A DNA stretch of 41,875 bases from a virus. Lineage: Duplodnaviria; Caudoviricetes. The position numbers and the translations under genes were made by a program. Of this stretch, positions 1-9,130 are shown one piece after another (position 1 is the first letter of the stretch; the number at the start of each line of letters is the position of its first letter). A model generated the notes under the pieces. That model was given only the letters and a program-made list of their open reading frames with translations. It was not told where the DNA came from and made no database searches. The DNA is taken from IMG/VR virus record IMGVR_UViG_3300026541_000012, positions 1-41,875 of that record, one strand, 5' to 3'.

Positions 1-1
1 C

Positions 2-1399
2 GGCTTAGGATTTCGAGACCTTAATCTTGTTGATGTCGGTAACTCTGGTGCGGGAAAGAGCACCGTTGTGCATGATCTTGTTGGCGGTGGCCCGCTGTCA
101 AATTACATTATTGATTTCAGCGCATTTTTCAATTTTTTAGATTTGGGTGTGATCTGGAACATGCCGCTGTTTATTCTTTCCACCATTATATCAGGCACGG
201 AAAGAGGCTTTGTTTTCCATTCATCATCGAACGAAACGATACACAGTGTTGCTGCTACTCAAGCTATCTCTACCGTGGTCATGGAAACGCCAGCGTATAG
301 TTTCAATGGTCCTATTGCTAACTTGTCTTGGGTGGGCGGCAATAGTCGGCTGATTACCGGCGACTCATATATGGGTATTGGTAGTGCAGCCGATGGTATT
401 TATGACATAACCGGCGTTTCTTACGGTGGGGTCGCTGTCAACGGTGATTTTTTCGAGCCGGATGAGAGTAGATCAGTAACATCAATAGCAGATGCCAGCA
501 TAACTATTAACAGTTTTGAAGAATCGGGGACTGATCCAGTCAACGATACTCAAGTCAATATCAGCGCGTATTCCAACGTCAAGCCAGGGCAAACCATCTT
601 TATAGATGGTGCTACGCAGGGCGATCTAAATGGAGTCAGCATAGTAACGCGGGTTGCTGATGATGAACTGAGCTTTGACATAGATGTCGCGTTCAGTGTT
701 AGCAGCACCGCAACGCTGGGGCGTGGAAGATTTACAACCAGTGTGAACCACGGATATGTCGAGGGGCAGACAGTATCAATAGAAATGGTTGATGCTACTT
801 ATGATGGTTTTTTCGAAATACTTCGGATTGAGGCTAATAACACATTTGTAATCAACGCGGATTTTTTAGGAACATCAACTGGCACCGCTGATATCACTAC
901 TAAAAACGAAACGTCTATTGGCGTAAGTTCACAAAATAACGGCGCGCAAAAAGACTCTATGACCATCGGCAGTCTTGTCGTTGGAGGCAATGCCACTGCT
1001 ACTGTCATCGGCACAATAAACGTCTTTGTGGATCTTAATCTCGGTTCTCCAGGTGCGGTAGCGGCGGGAAATATCGAACGCTTCACGGTCACTAACACGA
1101 CAACGGGCGAGATAAGATATGACGGTCTGAGCCCGGCTACATTGAATGTCACGGGCTTGCTGGCCGCATCCTCATCTGGCGGTAGTCAGCGTTTCAATTT
1201 CCAGGCTTTGAAGAACGGCTCGGTATTGCCATCACCCGACGATGTAAATGTGCCCATTGAAGTTGGTTCAAACCTGAGCGCTGCCTCCTTGGCGTGGGCT
1301 ATCGAAATGGTGACTGGTGATCTGTTCCGTATCCAGGTGGCGAATGCCGATGGCACCTCGAACATCACCATAGACACGCTCAAATACACGATTACTTAG
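2..1399 (+). CDS. C-terminal part of a large tail fibre/virion protein (5' truncated)
   Basis: The frame is open from position 2 (GLGFRDLNLVDVGNSG...). G/T/S-rich beta-strand composition with HGYVEGQTVSI-type modules; probably continues the ORF running off the right end. Confidence 0.65.
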   Translation, partial: GLGFRDLNLVDVGNSGAGKSTVVHDLVGGGPLSNYIIDFSAFFNFLDLGVIWNMPLFILSTIISGTERGFVFHSSSNETIHSVAATQAISTVVMETPAYSFNGPIANLSWVGGNSRLITGDSYMGIGSAADGIYDITGVSYGGVAVNGDFFEPDESRSVTSIADASITINSFEESGTDPVNDTQVNISAYSNVKPGQTIFIDGATQGDLNGVSIVTRVADDELSFDIDVAFSVSSTATLGRGRFTTSVNHGYVEGQTVSIEMVDATYDGFFEILRIEANNTFVINADFLGTSTGTADITTKNETSIGVSSQNNGAQKDSMTIGSLVVGGNATATVIGTINVFVDLNLGSPGAVAAGNIERFTVTNTTTGEIRYDGLSPATLNVTGLLAASSSGGSQRFNFQALKNGSVLPSPDDVNVPIEVGSNLSAASLAWAIEMVTGDLFRIQVANADGTSNITIDTLKYTIT

Positions 1400-1407
1400 A
1401 GGCTGAC

Positions 1408-2160
1408 ATGGGCGCACTGAAAGATGCAAACCGCGATGACTTGCTGAATCGATTTGCAAGTCACACATTTACCGAGACGGTTGTCGGTGATCACACATTG
1501 GTCGAGTTCAAAAACGCTAGCAGCGTGGTGATTGCGTCTTCGACAAAAGAAGTGGTTGACGATGCCTATCGCCATATCCGTCAAATGCTGGTGGACGGTG
1601 GCAGTATCTTGATTGGTGACTTCACGTTCCAGGGCAGCACCAAGTTCGGCGGCCTGACCACGATTACACCAGACGGCGCGATTGATGTTGTCGGAACCGA
1701 TGCCCCGACCGGGCGAATTAGAGCAACGCGCTACCAGGCAACGCCAAACGCCGGGGCCGCCCTTCAGCTTGGACATTCAAGGGGCAGCGAGGGATCGCTC
1801 TCGGCACTTTTAGCTCAAGATAGATTGGGACAGCTTTTATTCAATGGGGATGATGCGGTTTCCGCTGACAGCTCCGGCGCGGTCATTCGGGCCATTGCTA
1901 CTGAGAATTGGTCATCAACAACCAAGGGAACGCAGATAAGATTTGAAACGACAGACGATGGAGCTGCGACATTTGTTGTTGCCTTTATCGTAAGTCAGCA
2001 TGGCTATCCAGAAGCACCAGATTATGAAGTTGCCTCTCTCCCTAGTGCTGTACCAGGAGGCGGAATCATCTATGTAAGCGATGAAACTGGCGGTGCTACA
2101 CTGGCGTTTAGCGATGGCACCAACTGGCGAAGAGTTCAGGATCGGGCCATAGTGGCTTGA
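1408..2160 (+). CDS. tail fibre-associated virion protein
   Basis: C-terminal LPSA..GGIIYVSDETGGATLAFSDGTNWRRV motif typical of phage tail fibre modules; GAGG RBS. Confidence 0.6.
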   Translation: MGALKDANRDDLLNRFASHTFTETVVGDHTLVEFKNASSVVIASSTKEVVDDAYRHIRQMLVDGGSILIGDFTFQGSTKFGGLTTITPDGAIDVVGTDAPTGRIRATRYQATPNAGAALQLGHSRGSEGSLSALLAQDRLGQLLFNGDDAVSADSSGAVIRAIATENWSSTTKGTQIRFETTDDGAATFVVAFIVSQHGYPEAPDYEVASLPSAVPGGGIIYVSDETGGATLAFSDGTNWRRVQDRAIVA

Positions 2161-2179
2161 TAAATTAATCGGAAAATCT

Positions 2180-2347
2180 ATGCAACTATCTATCGAAGAA
2201 TTAAATTACATGCTGAATGCTATTGACACCCATGTGCGGGCGAAAGGTATTCAAGGGACAGCAACCGCTGTATCAATAGCCAATAAGTTGCAGATGGCCG
2301 CCAAAGAGTCTGGCGAGAAGTTGCAAGAGACTTCTGGAGACGATTAG
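2180..2347 (+). CDS. small helical protein (55 aa), possible tail-fibre chaperone
   Basis: Read manually: MQLSIEELNYMLNAIDTHVRAKGIQGTATAVSIANKLQMAAKES...; fills the gap and its stop overlaps the next start. Confidence 0.55.
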   Translation: MQLSIEELNYMLNAIDTHVRAKGIQGTATAVSIANKLQMAAKESGEKLQETSGDD

Positions 2348-4146
2348 TGGCCGTTCAGAAAATCACAGAATTTACGGCGATCACTACAGCTGATCCAGTC
2401 GATATTCTGCCAATTGTCAATGATATACCTGGCGTTCCCGTTACTCGTAAGATCACTACGGGTAGTTTGCTTGACTCATATAATGACGCTGCTGCTGAGG
2501 TTTCCGCAGCAGTTACGCCATCAGATTACAGGTTCGACTCTGGCAATTCTAGGCGTGTAGGCGATGTCGGTAATGGCACCACAGATGATCGTGATGCATT
2601 AAATACAGCAGATTCGATTGCCAATGTTCGCATTGCGGTTGGTGCAGATTATGGCACTCACTTGATTTCAAGTGATCTGACATTCAATAACAAGGTAACA
2701 ATTTGGCCCGGTGAGATATTAAAACCCGCCAATAGCGTGACAATTACATTTGATAAGTTTGTTAATGCCAACGATTCAGAGCAGATATTTGATCTGTCTT
2801 TGGCTGGTGTTGGCACTGCAATTGTATGGCCCGCGCATGATCGTTATGATGTTCCTGCCGCGTGGTTTGGTGCTATTCCTACTGGCAATGCGACCAAGAA
2901 CGATCAAGACGTCGAAATAAATTATGCCATTAACAGTCTTGCTGCGAGAGGCGGGGTTATTAAACTTGCGCTGGGTGATTATTTTTGTACGGATCGCATT
3001 CAGGTGCAAGAGAATGTGACCCTAAAAGGAGTTCTGAACAGAGGTACTAATTTACGAGTCAGTACGACAAATTGGTCAGGAGCTTTTGATCACTTGATAT
3101 TATTTCAGGACGGTACTGGAACTACGAGCATGTTCAATGCACGACTGGTCGATATTCTGGTGGATGCTGAAAACAACGCTACTGTAGTTAGGGCTATTTG
3201 GGCAAGAGCGTGGAATGAGAATTGTGGATTGTTCAATGTTGTCGTTAGAAACTTCATGGTAGCGGGACTTGAGCTAACCAATTATTACGGTGGTTCGGCA
3301 ACGTCTGAACTTAATACTGTGGAGTTTTTCGCATCAAACAATGCGGTAGCAGCAACACAATTCGGGATACGCTTGGTTGATCCTGGCTTAACGGTTGGCT
3401 GGCATCAGTTTCTGATGTCGCACATTGTATCAGTGGGAAACCCAACCAACGGTGTCACGAATTTTTTTGGTTTGTTTGCGGATGGTCGAGTTAGAGTTAT
3501 CAATAAAGGCGGCTTTCACTCTGAAAAGGCATTGAGTGTCATCGCACTTAGTGGTGACTCTACTTACGAAGGTATTGGACCACAGGCCAGTGGTAATGCA
3601 GATGTGAATCACATTTTCACTGTTGCCAGCAACTGGAATGCAGGTGCAGGTGACATATCGTGTACACCTCCAAAAAAGGGTGGTTCCACCGGGGATTTAT
3701 TGCAAAACAATAGTGCAATAGCCAATATTGCATCGAGTACGGCGAATCCATTTGTTTATCCATTTGTGGTTGAATTGACAGAAGTTGTTACTACCACCAA
3801 CGTCATTACCAGCGATGAAACTGGAAAAACCTTCTATCTTAATTTGGCCGGTGGTTTTACTTCTACCCTTCCGGCTCCATCTGTTGGATTAAAATTCAAA
3901 TTCATTGTTCAAACCGCCCCAACTACTGCCTACATTATTACTACAAACGCCGGGGCAAATATTCTGTTCGGAACGTTTATTGATATTGTCGGTGAGCTGA
4001 CATACTTTTCAGCTCAAGACACACTGAACTTTGTTGCGTCCACATCTGTGGTTGGAGACAGGTTAGAAGTTGAGTCAGACGGTACAAACTGGTTTTGTAA
4101 AGCAATTTCAGGAGCTGACGGTGGAATTACGGTGAGTGTGACATGA
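2347..4146 (+). CDS. tailspike / pectate-lyase-like beta-helix receptor-binding protein
   Basis: GDVGNGTTDDRDALNTA and WFGAIPTG...INYAI beta-helix N-cap motifs, plus a C-terminal fibre module (SDGTNWF). Confidence 0.7.
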   Translation: MAVQKITEFTAITTADPVDILPIVNDIPGVPVTRKITTGSLLDSYNDAAAEVSAAVTPSDYRFDSGNSRRVGDVGNGTTDDRDALNTADSIANVRIAVGADYGTHLISSDLTFNNKVTIWPGEILKPANSVTITFDKFVNANDSEQIFDLSLAGVGTAIVWPAHDRYDVPAAWFGAIPTGNATKNDQDVEINYAINSLAARGGVIKLALGDYFCTDRIQVQENVTLKGVLNRGTNLRVSTTNWSGAFDHLILFQDGTGTTSMFNARLVDILVDAENNATVVRAIWARAWNENCGLFNVVVRNFMVAGLELTNYYGGSATSELNTVEFFASNNAVAATQFGIRLVDPGLTVGWHQFLMSHIVSVGNPTNGVTNFFGLFADGRVRVINKGGFHSEKALSVIALSGDSTYEGIGPQASGNADVNHIFTVASNWNAGAGDISCTPPKKGGSTGDLLQNNSAIANIASSTANPFVYPFVVELTEVVTTTNVITSDETGKTFYLNLAGGFTSTLPAPSVGLKFKFIVQTAPTTAYIITTNAGANILFGTFIDIVGELTYFSAQDTLNFVASTSVVGDRLEVESDGTNWFCKAISGADGGITVSVT

Positions 4147-4604
4147 GATTATCTAAAAACTTTAGTCTTGATGAGTTCTTGCTTTCTCAAACGGCTGAGC
4201 GACACGGCATTAACATGACGCCAACCGATGAGGTTATCGGTAATCTAAAGGCTCTAGTTGAGGACGTGCTGCAGCCCCTTAGAGATCTTGTAGGCTCTCC
4301 CTTGGTGATCTCGTCTGGATACCGGCCTATCGAGTTAAATACCCGTATCGGCGGCTCCAAGACGTCTGCGCACGTATCCGGTAGAGCGGCTGACTTTCGG
4401 GTGATCGGCATGGAGCCTTATGCGGTTTGTGAGATACTGCGGGATGAAGGTTTGCCCTATGATCAAAACATTCATGAGTTTGGCCGCTGGACGCATATTG
4501 GGATTGCCCAGAATAACCGCGATCAGGATTTAACAGCGTATCGTGGTGCTGATGGTAAAACCAAGTACACGCTCGGCATACACTTGATTGAGGATTTATC
4601 ATGA
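4143..4604 (+). CDS. endolysin, peptidase M15A family
   Basis: LSKNFSLDEF, SSGYR..LN..IGG...SAH..GRAAD and WTHIG Zn-peptidase motifs. Confidence 0.9.
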   Translation: MRLSKNFSLDEFLLSQTAERHGINMTPTDEVIGNLKALVEDVLQPLRDLVGSPLVISSGYRPIELNTRIGGSKTSAHVSGRAADFRVIGMEPYAVCEILRDEGLPYDQNIHEFGRWTHIGIAQNNRDQDLTAYRGADGKTKYTLGIHLIEDLS

Positions 4605-4775
4605 TCTGGTTGAATTTCAAGCAATGGAATGCTTCAAGTCCAGGTTGGAAACGAGTTATGTTGAGCAAGTGGTTCTTACCAAGAATCTATCCAAGAGGAT
4701 ATAGGTGGACACCATTTGTTGTGATTCGACTGTCAAGGTTATTCCAGAAGCCAATAGAAATTACAGGGGACTGAC

Positions 4776-4964
4776 ATGAACAAACCATCAAGCACTATTA
4801 CAGCAGCAACATTGGCAGCAACCGGAGTTACCCTTGGTTGGGGATTAGTAGATAACTTCACGGCTCTGAGTATATCGGCCGTAGTAGTCAGTGGGTCTAC
4901 TGCATTTGTCGCAGCAGCTTTTGGTTACTTCACCAAAGAAACTGTACTGCCACTGAAGAAATGA
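4776..4964 (+). CDS. putative holin
   Basis: 62 aa with two hydrophobic segments and a basic C-terminus, next to the endolysin. Confidence 0.65.
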   Translation: MNKPSSTITAATLAATGVTLGWGLVDNFTALSISAVVVSGSTAFVAAAFGYFTKETVLPLKK

Positions 4965-5087
4965 CGATGGCTTGTCGCTACTCAAGCTACCCCTAATGTA
5001 ACCTCGGGGGATCAAGGGACTTAGCGTTTCGACATGTTACACTGCCTCGCCGCCTGCCGCGTGTCTGCTTTCCACGCCGCATCGTCA
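4962..5087 (-). ncRNA. tRNA-like RNA with expanded anticodon domain and non-canonical T-loop
   Basis: Minus strand: acceptor GACGATG/CATCGTC+A, D-arm GCGTG-GAAAGCAGA-CACGC, T-like arm GCTTG-AGTAGCGA-CAAGC, insert with AGTGTAAC/GTTACATT stem. Its own promoter lies just upstream. Confidence 0.65.
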
Positions 5088-5092
5088 GGAGA

Positions 5093-5101
5093 ATTATAGC
5101 A
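5093..5101 (-). promoter_or_regulatory. extended -10 promoter (TGcTATAAT) for the tRNA-like RNA
   Basis: Perfect TGnTATAAT ending 5-6 nt before the 5' acceptor strand. Confidence 0.65.
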
Positions 5102-5228
5102 TGTCGCAAATGAAGTGGTCATATCGTTACGACTGGTTTCTTAATACATGGGTGCTTGAGAATATGCACGGCGTGAAAGGACCGTTTATATTGCCGCAGA
5201 AGCCGCCTATATTTTGGCCTGTCCCGAA

Positions 5229-5531
5229 ATGAACTGGATTAAAGGTCTGGGCAAGTCTGTATGGATTGCCATAGGCATATTCTTTGCTGCAATGGCGGTT
5301 GCCGCTGCTCAACGCCAGAAAGGTGTTGCTAACAAGTGGAAAGACAAGGCGGTTGATATTGAGACCGGCAATGTCGTTAAGGGTGTAGAAACTGCAAAAG
5401 CCGCTCTGACTGAGGCCAAGAAACACGACGCAAAGGCACGTGATTTACAGAAAAAGGCCAAAGGCATTATGGACAGGACGGGTAAGAAGGACGAGTCCAC
5501 AGCCGAGCTTTTAAGCCGGTGGAAAAAATGA
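5229..5531 (+). CDS. membrane-anchored coiled-coil protein, possible i-spanin (Rz-like)
   Basis: N-terminal TM (SVWIAIGIFFAAMAVAAA) followed by an Ala/Lys-rich helix, in the lysis cassette. ATG 5229 preferred over the TTG at 5214. Confidence 0.5.
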   Translation: MNWIKGLGKSVWIAIGIFFAAMAVAAAQRQKGVANKWKDKAVDIETGNVVKGVETAKAALTEAKKHDAKARDLQKKAKGIMDRTGKKDESTAELLSRWKK

Positions 5532-5695
5532 GCCGGATACAAATTGAATGTGATCGTTGTATGAAGCGCATCGCATTACCTGTTAGGCAAAACCATGAGG
5601 CTCGTAAAATACTTGCATCCCAAGGCTGGGCTCAAAAAGATGTGAGTTCTAGGTATGGTGCAAGGAAAGAGGATTACTGCAGGGCGTGTCAATGA
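5528..5695 (+). CDS. small Zn-finger protein (55 aa)
   Basis: Read manually: CDRC...EARKILASQGW...DYCRAC; ATGA overlap with the upstream gene. Confidence 0.55.
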   Translation: MSRIQIECDRCMKRIALPVRQNHEARKILASQGWAQKDVSSRYGARKEDYCRACQ

Positions 5696-5818
5696 GCTGG
5701 ATTCCAGTATCGTCAAGGGAATTATATCAAGCTCATGGTCAAAGCGGGTCACAAAGGAAGCTCTCACAAAAAGTTAACCTTCGTGACCCGGCCCGGAACA
5801 CAATTTTAATGCTTCGGT

Positions 5819-5875
5819 GCCCCCGTGCCGGAATCGGTAGACGGACCAGCTTTGGAAGTTGGAGGACCTCTAGGT
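5819..5875 (+). pseudogene. truncated tRNA (TGG/Pro anticodon), lacking T-loop and 3' acceptor strand
   Basis: GCCCCCG-TG-CCGGAATCGGTAGACGG-A-CCAGC-TTTGGAA-GTTGG, then AGGACCT-CTAGGT, after which the similarity ends. Confidence 0.6.
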
Positions 5876-5883
5876 AATTATAC

Positions 5884-6294
5884 ATGAAACGCTATTTACT
5901 TTTACTGATTCTTCTTAGCGGCTGCGCTACCACAACTCCTAACCCGTGGACTGACCTAGAAGTCAGCACAAAGGCTGCAACCACTCCGGTAGACTGCGGT
6001 AGGTTCCCGCTGCCGTCCGATGTCATTGGTGAGTCAATAGTCTACGATAATGCGGCTATGAACGACCTAGAGGCGTATAGAGCCTGTAGTGAGGCCAATA
6101 AGGGTATTGCTGCAGAACATGCGCAGCAGATTGATCAATTACGCATTGCGACCCGAGGGCTTGTGGAGGCTGGTAAGGCACAGCGTAATATCGCGGATAT
6201 GCGTCAACAGATGCTGGAGGATGAGCGAAAACGAAACTTCTTTGAAAAGATTGGGTTGTATATTGTGGTCATCGCGCTTGGAGTATTGTTGTGA
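5884..6294 (+). CDS. lipoprotein, putative unimolecular spanin
   Basis: Lipobox LSGC at residue 14 and a C-terminal hydrophobic segment IGLYIVVIALGVLL; lysis region. Confidence 0.6.
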   Translation: MKRYLLLLILLSGCATTTPNPWTDLEVSTKAATTPVDCGRFPLPSDVIGESIVYDNAAMNDLEAYRACSEANKGIAAEHAQQIDQLRIATRGLVEAGKAQRNIADMRQQMLEDERKRNFFEKIGLYIVVIALGVLL

Positions 6295-6977
6295 GATTCA
6301 TACGAAACGTGAACGGCTTTCTGGCGGGCGTATTGCTAGTTTGTTTATTTGCCTATTTCAGCAATGCCGAGGCCAGCGGAACTGATGTTGAAGTTGAAAC
6401 ATTGGTCAATACTGAGACAAACGTCATCAATGAGCTTGGTGGCGACTCCTTAAATATTTCTGGCGACAAAGCCTTTGCTGTCGGCGGAAGCTCTTTCGAT
6501 GTCGATATTAATCAATGCCTAGCGAGTAAGGCGACTAATGTTGTGGTAGTTGGTTGGCAGACATTGGTAGAAAATGCCACCTGTATCGCAGACGGACTGG
6601 ATGCGCGTGGTAATCACGATGCAGCCGCAAGGGTGCGATGTAAACATGTCGAAACGGTCTACAGTAGTTTTGATGGTTTCAAGAAGTGTGTAACAGCGGT
6701 TACGATGGTGCCTGTAAGGTCACTAGAGCCCCCAGAACAGCCGAAAGACATCGTTAAGGACCATGATGAGGATGATCGCTACAGTGACCTTGAGCAGCAA
6801 CTAACAGCCCTGGTTGAGGATAAGGCCAAATCCGACAGGGCCGCTGCCAGATACGTGACGCAACAGCGCAAGATCAAGGCAGAGGATCGCGAGTACGCAC
6901 AGCAACTGATCGAGCAGCTGGAGCAACAACGAATGGAAGTTCCGCAACAGATCGAGGAGCCAGCAAGTGAGCGGTGA
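6291..6977 (+). CDS. secreted/membrane hypothetical protein with Cys-containing domain and C-terminal coiled coil
   Basis: N-terminal signal/TM; overlapping start and stop with neighbours. Confidence 0.6.
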   Translation: MRFIRNVNGFLAGVLLVCLFAYFSNAEASGTDVEVETLVNTETNVINELGGDSLNISGDKAFAVGGSSFDVDINQCLASKATNVVVVGWQTLVENATCIADGLDARGNHDAAARVRCKHVETVYSSFDGFKKCVTAVTMVPVRSLEPPEQPKDIVKDHDEDDRYSDLEQQLTALVEDKAKSDRAAARYVTQQRKIKAEDREYAQQLIEQLEQQRMEVPQQIEEPASER

Positions 6978-7284
6978 AGTAAAGAAGGCACTCGGATGGG
7001 CTGCCGCAGCCGTTGTATTTCTCGGATCACAGTTTTGGGGCGTGCCGTATTATATCCGATATGTGGCGGCGCAAGAAGTCAAAACAATTAACGACAATGC
7101 ATCTGTGCCAAAAGAAGTCACTGATCTGTCCACGAAAGTCGCGGAACTGGAGGGCAGGATTGTGCCAGTTGAGAGTGCTGTTATCCGCATTGATGGCACA
7201 ACAATTCGTGTTGAAGGAAAGGTAGACGAGCTGAATCGAATGTTTACTGACTACTTGCAGCGACAGGCGGAGCGAGACGATTGA
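6967..7284 (+). CDS. membrane-anchored coiled-coil protein
   Basis: N-terminal TM and heptad pattern; GAGGAG RBS. Confidence 0.6.
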   Translation: MSGEVKKALGWAAAAVVFLGSQFWGVPYYIRYVAAQEVKTINDNASVPKEVTDLSTKVAELEGRIVPVESAVIRIDGTTIRVEGKVDELNRMFTDYLQRQAERDD

Positions 7285-7351
7285 TTCAATCATTGGGATA
7301 TTATTCCCGAATGCGTATAATGAGTTAAACTCAAACAATAGATAAATTACA

Positions 7352-7633
7352 ATGCCAGATATAGCAGCATGGTTCGTATGGATTGGCCTTATTCTGATGG
7401 TCGGTGTGTTAGCTTGGGAATGGGGCGCAGATTGGTATGATGAATTTCGCAACGATGATAAAAAGTGGTGGGATTCATTAACCGATGAGGACAAACAGGC
7501 ATTGCAGCAAGAAGTGGACTCACAGGGCAAGCGTCTTGACGAACACGAGAGAAGAATTGATGCACTTGACGACACAGCAATCACGGTAAGTCCTAAAAAT
7601 GACAGCAAGCGAAATCAATCCGCGAGTAAATGA
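7352..7633 (+). CDS. membrane-anchored coiled-coil protein
   Basis: N-terminal TM and RLDEHERRIDAL coiled coil. Confidence 0.55.
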   Translation: MPDIAAWFVWIGLILMVGVLAWEWGADWYDEFRNDDKKWWDSLTDEDKQALQQEVDSQGKRLDEHERRIDALDDTAITVSPKNDSKRNQSASK

Positions 7634-7892
7634 AAGCGTGCGCCGTTTCTTCAACTTCAATCGCGAATACATACTCATCCTGCTAGCTGCTATTTGTGTC
7701 ATTATCACTATCGGTACACACATCCGAATGAATGCTGTGGTTGATTCAATGGCCGACATCAAGGCTGGTTACGAAGTCAATATTCGTGAGATGGTTAAAT
7801 CAAATACTGACGTGCAAAAACAAGTGGACTATTTAAAATCAAAGTCAGATAGGCTAGAAGCCAAATTGTCTGTAGTAACAGGAGAACACTAA
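7599..7892 (+). CDS. membrane-anchored coiled-coil protein
   Basis: TM (YILILLAAICVIITIG) followed by a coiled coil. Confidence 0.55.
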   Translation: MTASEINPRVNESVRRFFNFNREYILILLAAICVIITIGTHIRMNAVVDSMADIKAGYEVNIREMVKSNTDVQKQVDYLKSKSDRLEAKLSVVTGEH

Positions 7893-8065
7893 TGTCACAT
7901 GAAGATGATGACAGTGCAGCAATCATTCTTTCAATAGCAGTCCCACCGGATGTTGCAGACTATCTTAACTGCCTTGTCGGTTTGGATGGAGCGACACGGG
8001 AAGAGGTTGCAAGCCTTCACCTTTGCAGAGCGTTTGGTAAAAAGCCACCGCACAAACACAAATAG
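7892..8065 (+). CDS. hypothetical protein (57 aa)
   Basis: AGGAG RBS and TAATG coupling; MSHEDDDSAAIILSIAVPP... Confidence 0.45.
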   Translation: MSHEDDDSAAIILSIAVPPDVADYLNCLVGLDGATREEVASLHLCRAFGKKPPHKHK

Positions 8066-8103
8066 ACTTCTGTCGCGACCCACAATGAGAGCAGGGACCC
8101 TCT

Positions 8104-8574
8104 CTACTTGTGTTCGTCGTGGTCTTCAGACTGCCTTGTATGGACAGTTGATAGCTGTTGCGCTAAACCCTCACAATGATCTCTTACATAGTCAAGAGTG
8201 CAAGTTGCAAGGCTATCGTCACAGTGACCACAGTCGAATCCAAACCACCAAAGATCAGATTCAACAGGATAGTTCTCGCCTCCGGCATAAGTCAGGCTTC
8301 CATGAACGTCAAATATGTCTGCAGGACTAGGCTCAACGCCTCTGCCAGCCATGAGGAATATCGACATGACACCACGATCACCTACCGGCCCATTCTCGAC
8401 AGATTCAACACAGCTCTCTAGGGCAGGACTTTTGTCGCTATATCCAACACCATACAATGGGTGATCTTTTGGAATGCCCACATAACCACACCGATGATGG
8501 GGACTATCTAACATGATCGCCACAGCACGCAGGCCGCTTTCTGTTGTCCAATCTACTTCGGTTTCGTAACTCAT
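8104..8574 (-). CDS. conserved phage hypothetical protein
   Basis: HRCGYVGIPKDHPLY...VHGSLTY...WWFGFDCGH, a recurrent phage family motif. Confidence 0.75.
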   Translation of the reverse strand: MSYETEVDWTTESGLRAVAIMLDSPHHRCGYVGIPKDHPLYGVGYSDKSPALESCVESVENGPVGDRGVMSIFLMAGRGVEPSPADIFDVHGSLTYAGGENYPVESDLWWFGFDCGHCDDSLATCTLDYVRDHCEGLAQQLSTVHTRQSEDHDEHK

Positions 8575-8771
8575 TTACTTTCCTTCTGCCTATCGAGGTT
8601 AGTGGCGCAATGCAACACTGCCTTATGCGATATCTGAAATCGGTCATGACATACGGGCTCAACAGGTGTGAAGTCTGCACTCTTGGCACCATCGAATATC
8701 CCCAATGAACCAATAAACAGGGCGATTGTTATAATCAGTGCCAGTAGAAGTTCTGCACGTAATGGCTTCAT
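8571..8771 (-). CDS. small membrane protein
   Basis: N-terminal TM; ATGA coupling. Confidence 0.5.
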   Translation of the reverse strand: MKPLRAELLLALIITIALFIGSLGIFDGAKSADFTPVEPVCHDRFQISHKAVLHCATNLDRQKESK

Positions 8772-9130
8772 GACAATACTTCGCTATCGATAATAGCCTT
8801 AAGTGTATTCATGGTTCTGTTTTTGTCATTTGCTTTTGCTATTCGTTCTTTGCGGTCGTATAGAAAACCACGCCAAATCTTAGCTACACCGTGCATATCT
8901 GAGTCAATCCAAAATTCATTCAGCGCATCCACTTGGCGAGTAAGCTGGCAGGCGAGGGCATCTAATGTTGTCTGTGCTGCGTCTTGCAATAAACACCTTA
9001 TATGCGGCTCGCTTAACGACCATTTGTAATCCAAGGAATCAATCCAGTCTTCACCATCCCAAACACGTATAAGTGCCCAGTGATCAGCTAGTTCGACCGC
9101 CTTGCGAATATAGTCTTGGTCAGACTTCAT
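8768..9130 (-). CDS. hypothetical protein
   Basis: ATGA-coupled within the leftward operon. Confidence 0.6.
   Translation of the reverse strand: MKSDQDYIRKAVELADHWALIRVWDGEDWIDSLDYKWSLSEPHIRCLLQDAAQTTLDALACQLTRQVDALNEFWIDSDMHGVAKIWRGFLYDRKERIAKANDKNRTMNTLKAIIDSEVLS

Noticed and set aside
5819-5875. attP site
   Set aside because: attP cores normally carry the 3' part of a tRNA and need an integrase; this is the 5' part and no integrase is visible.
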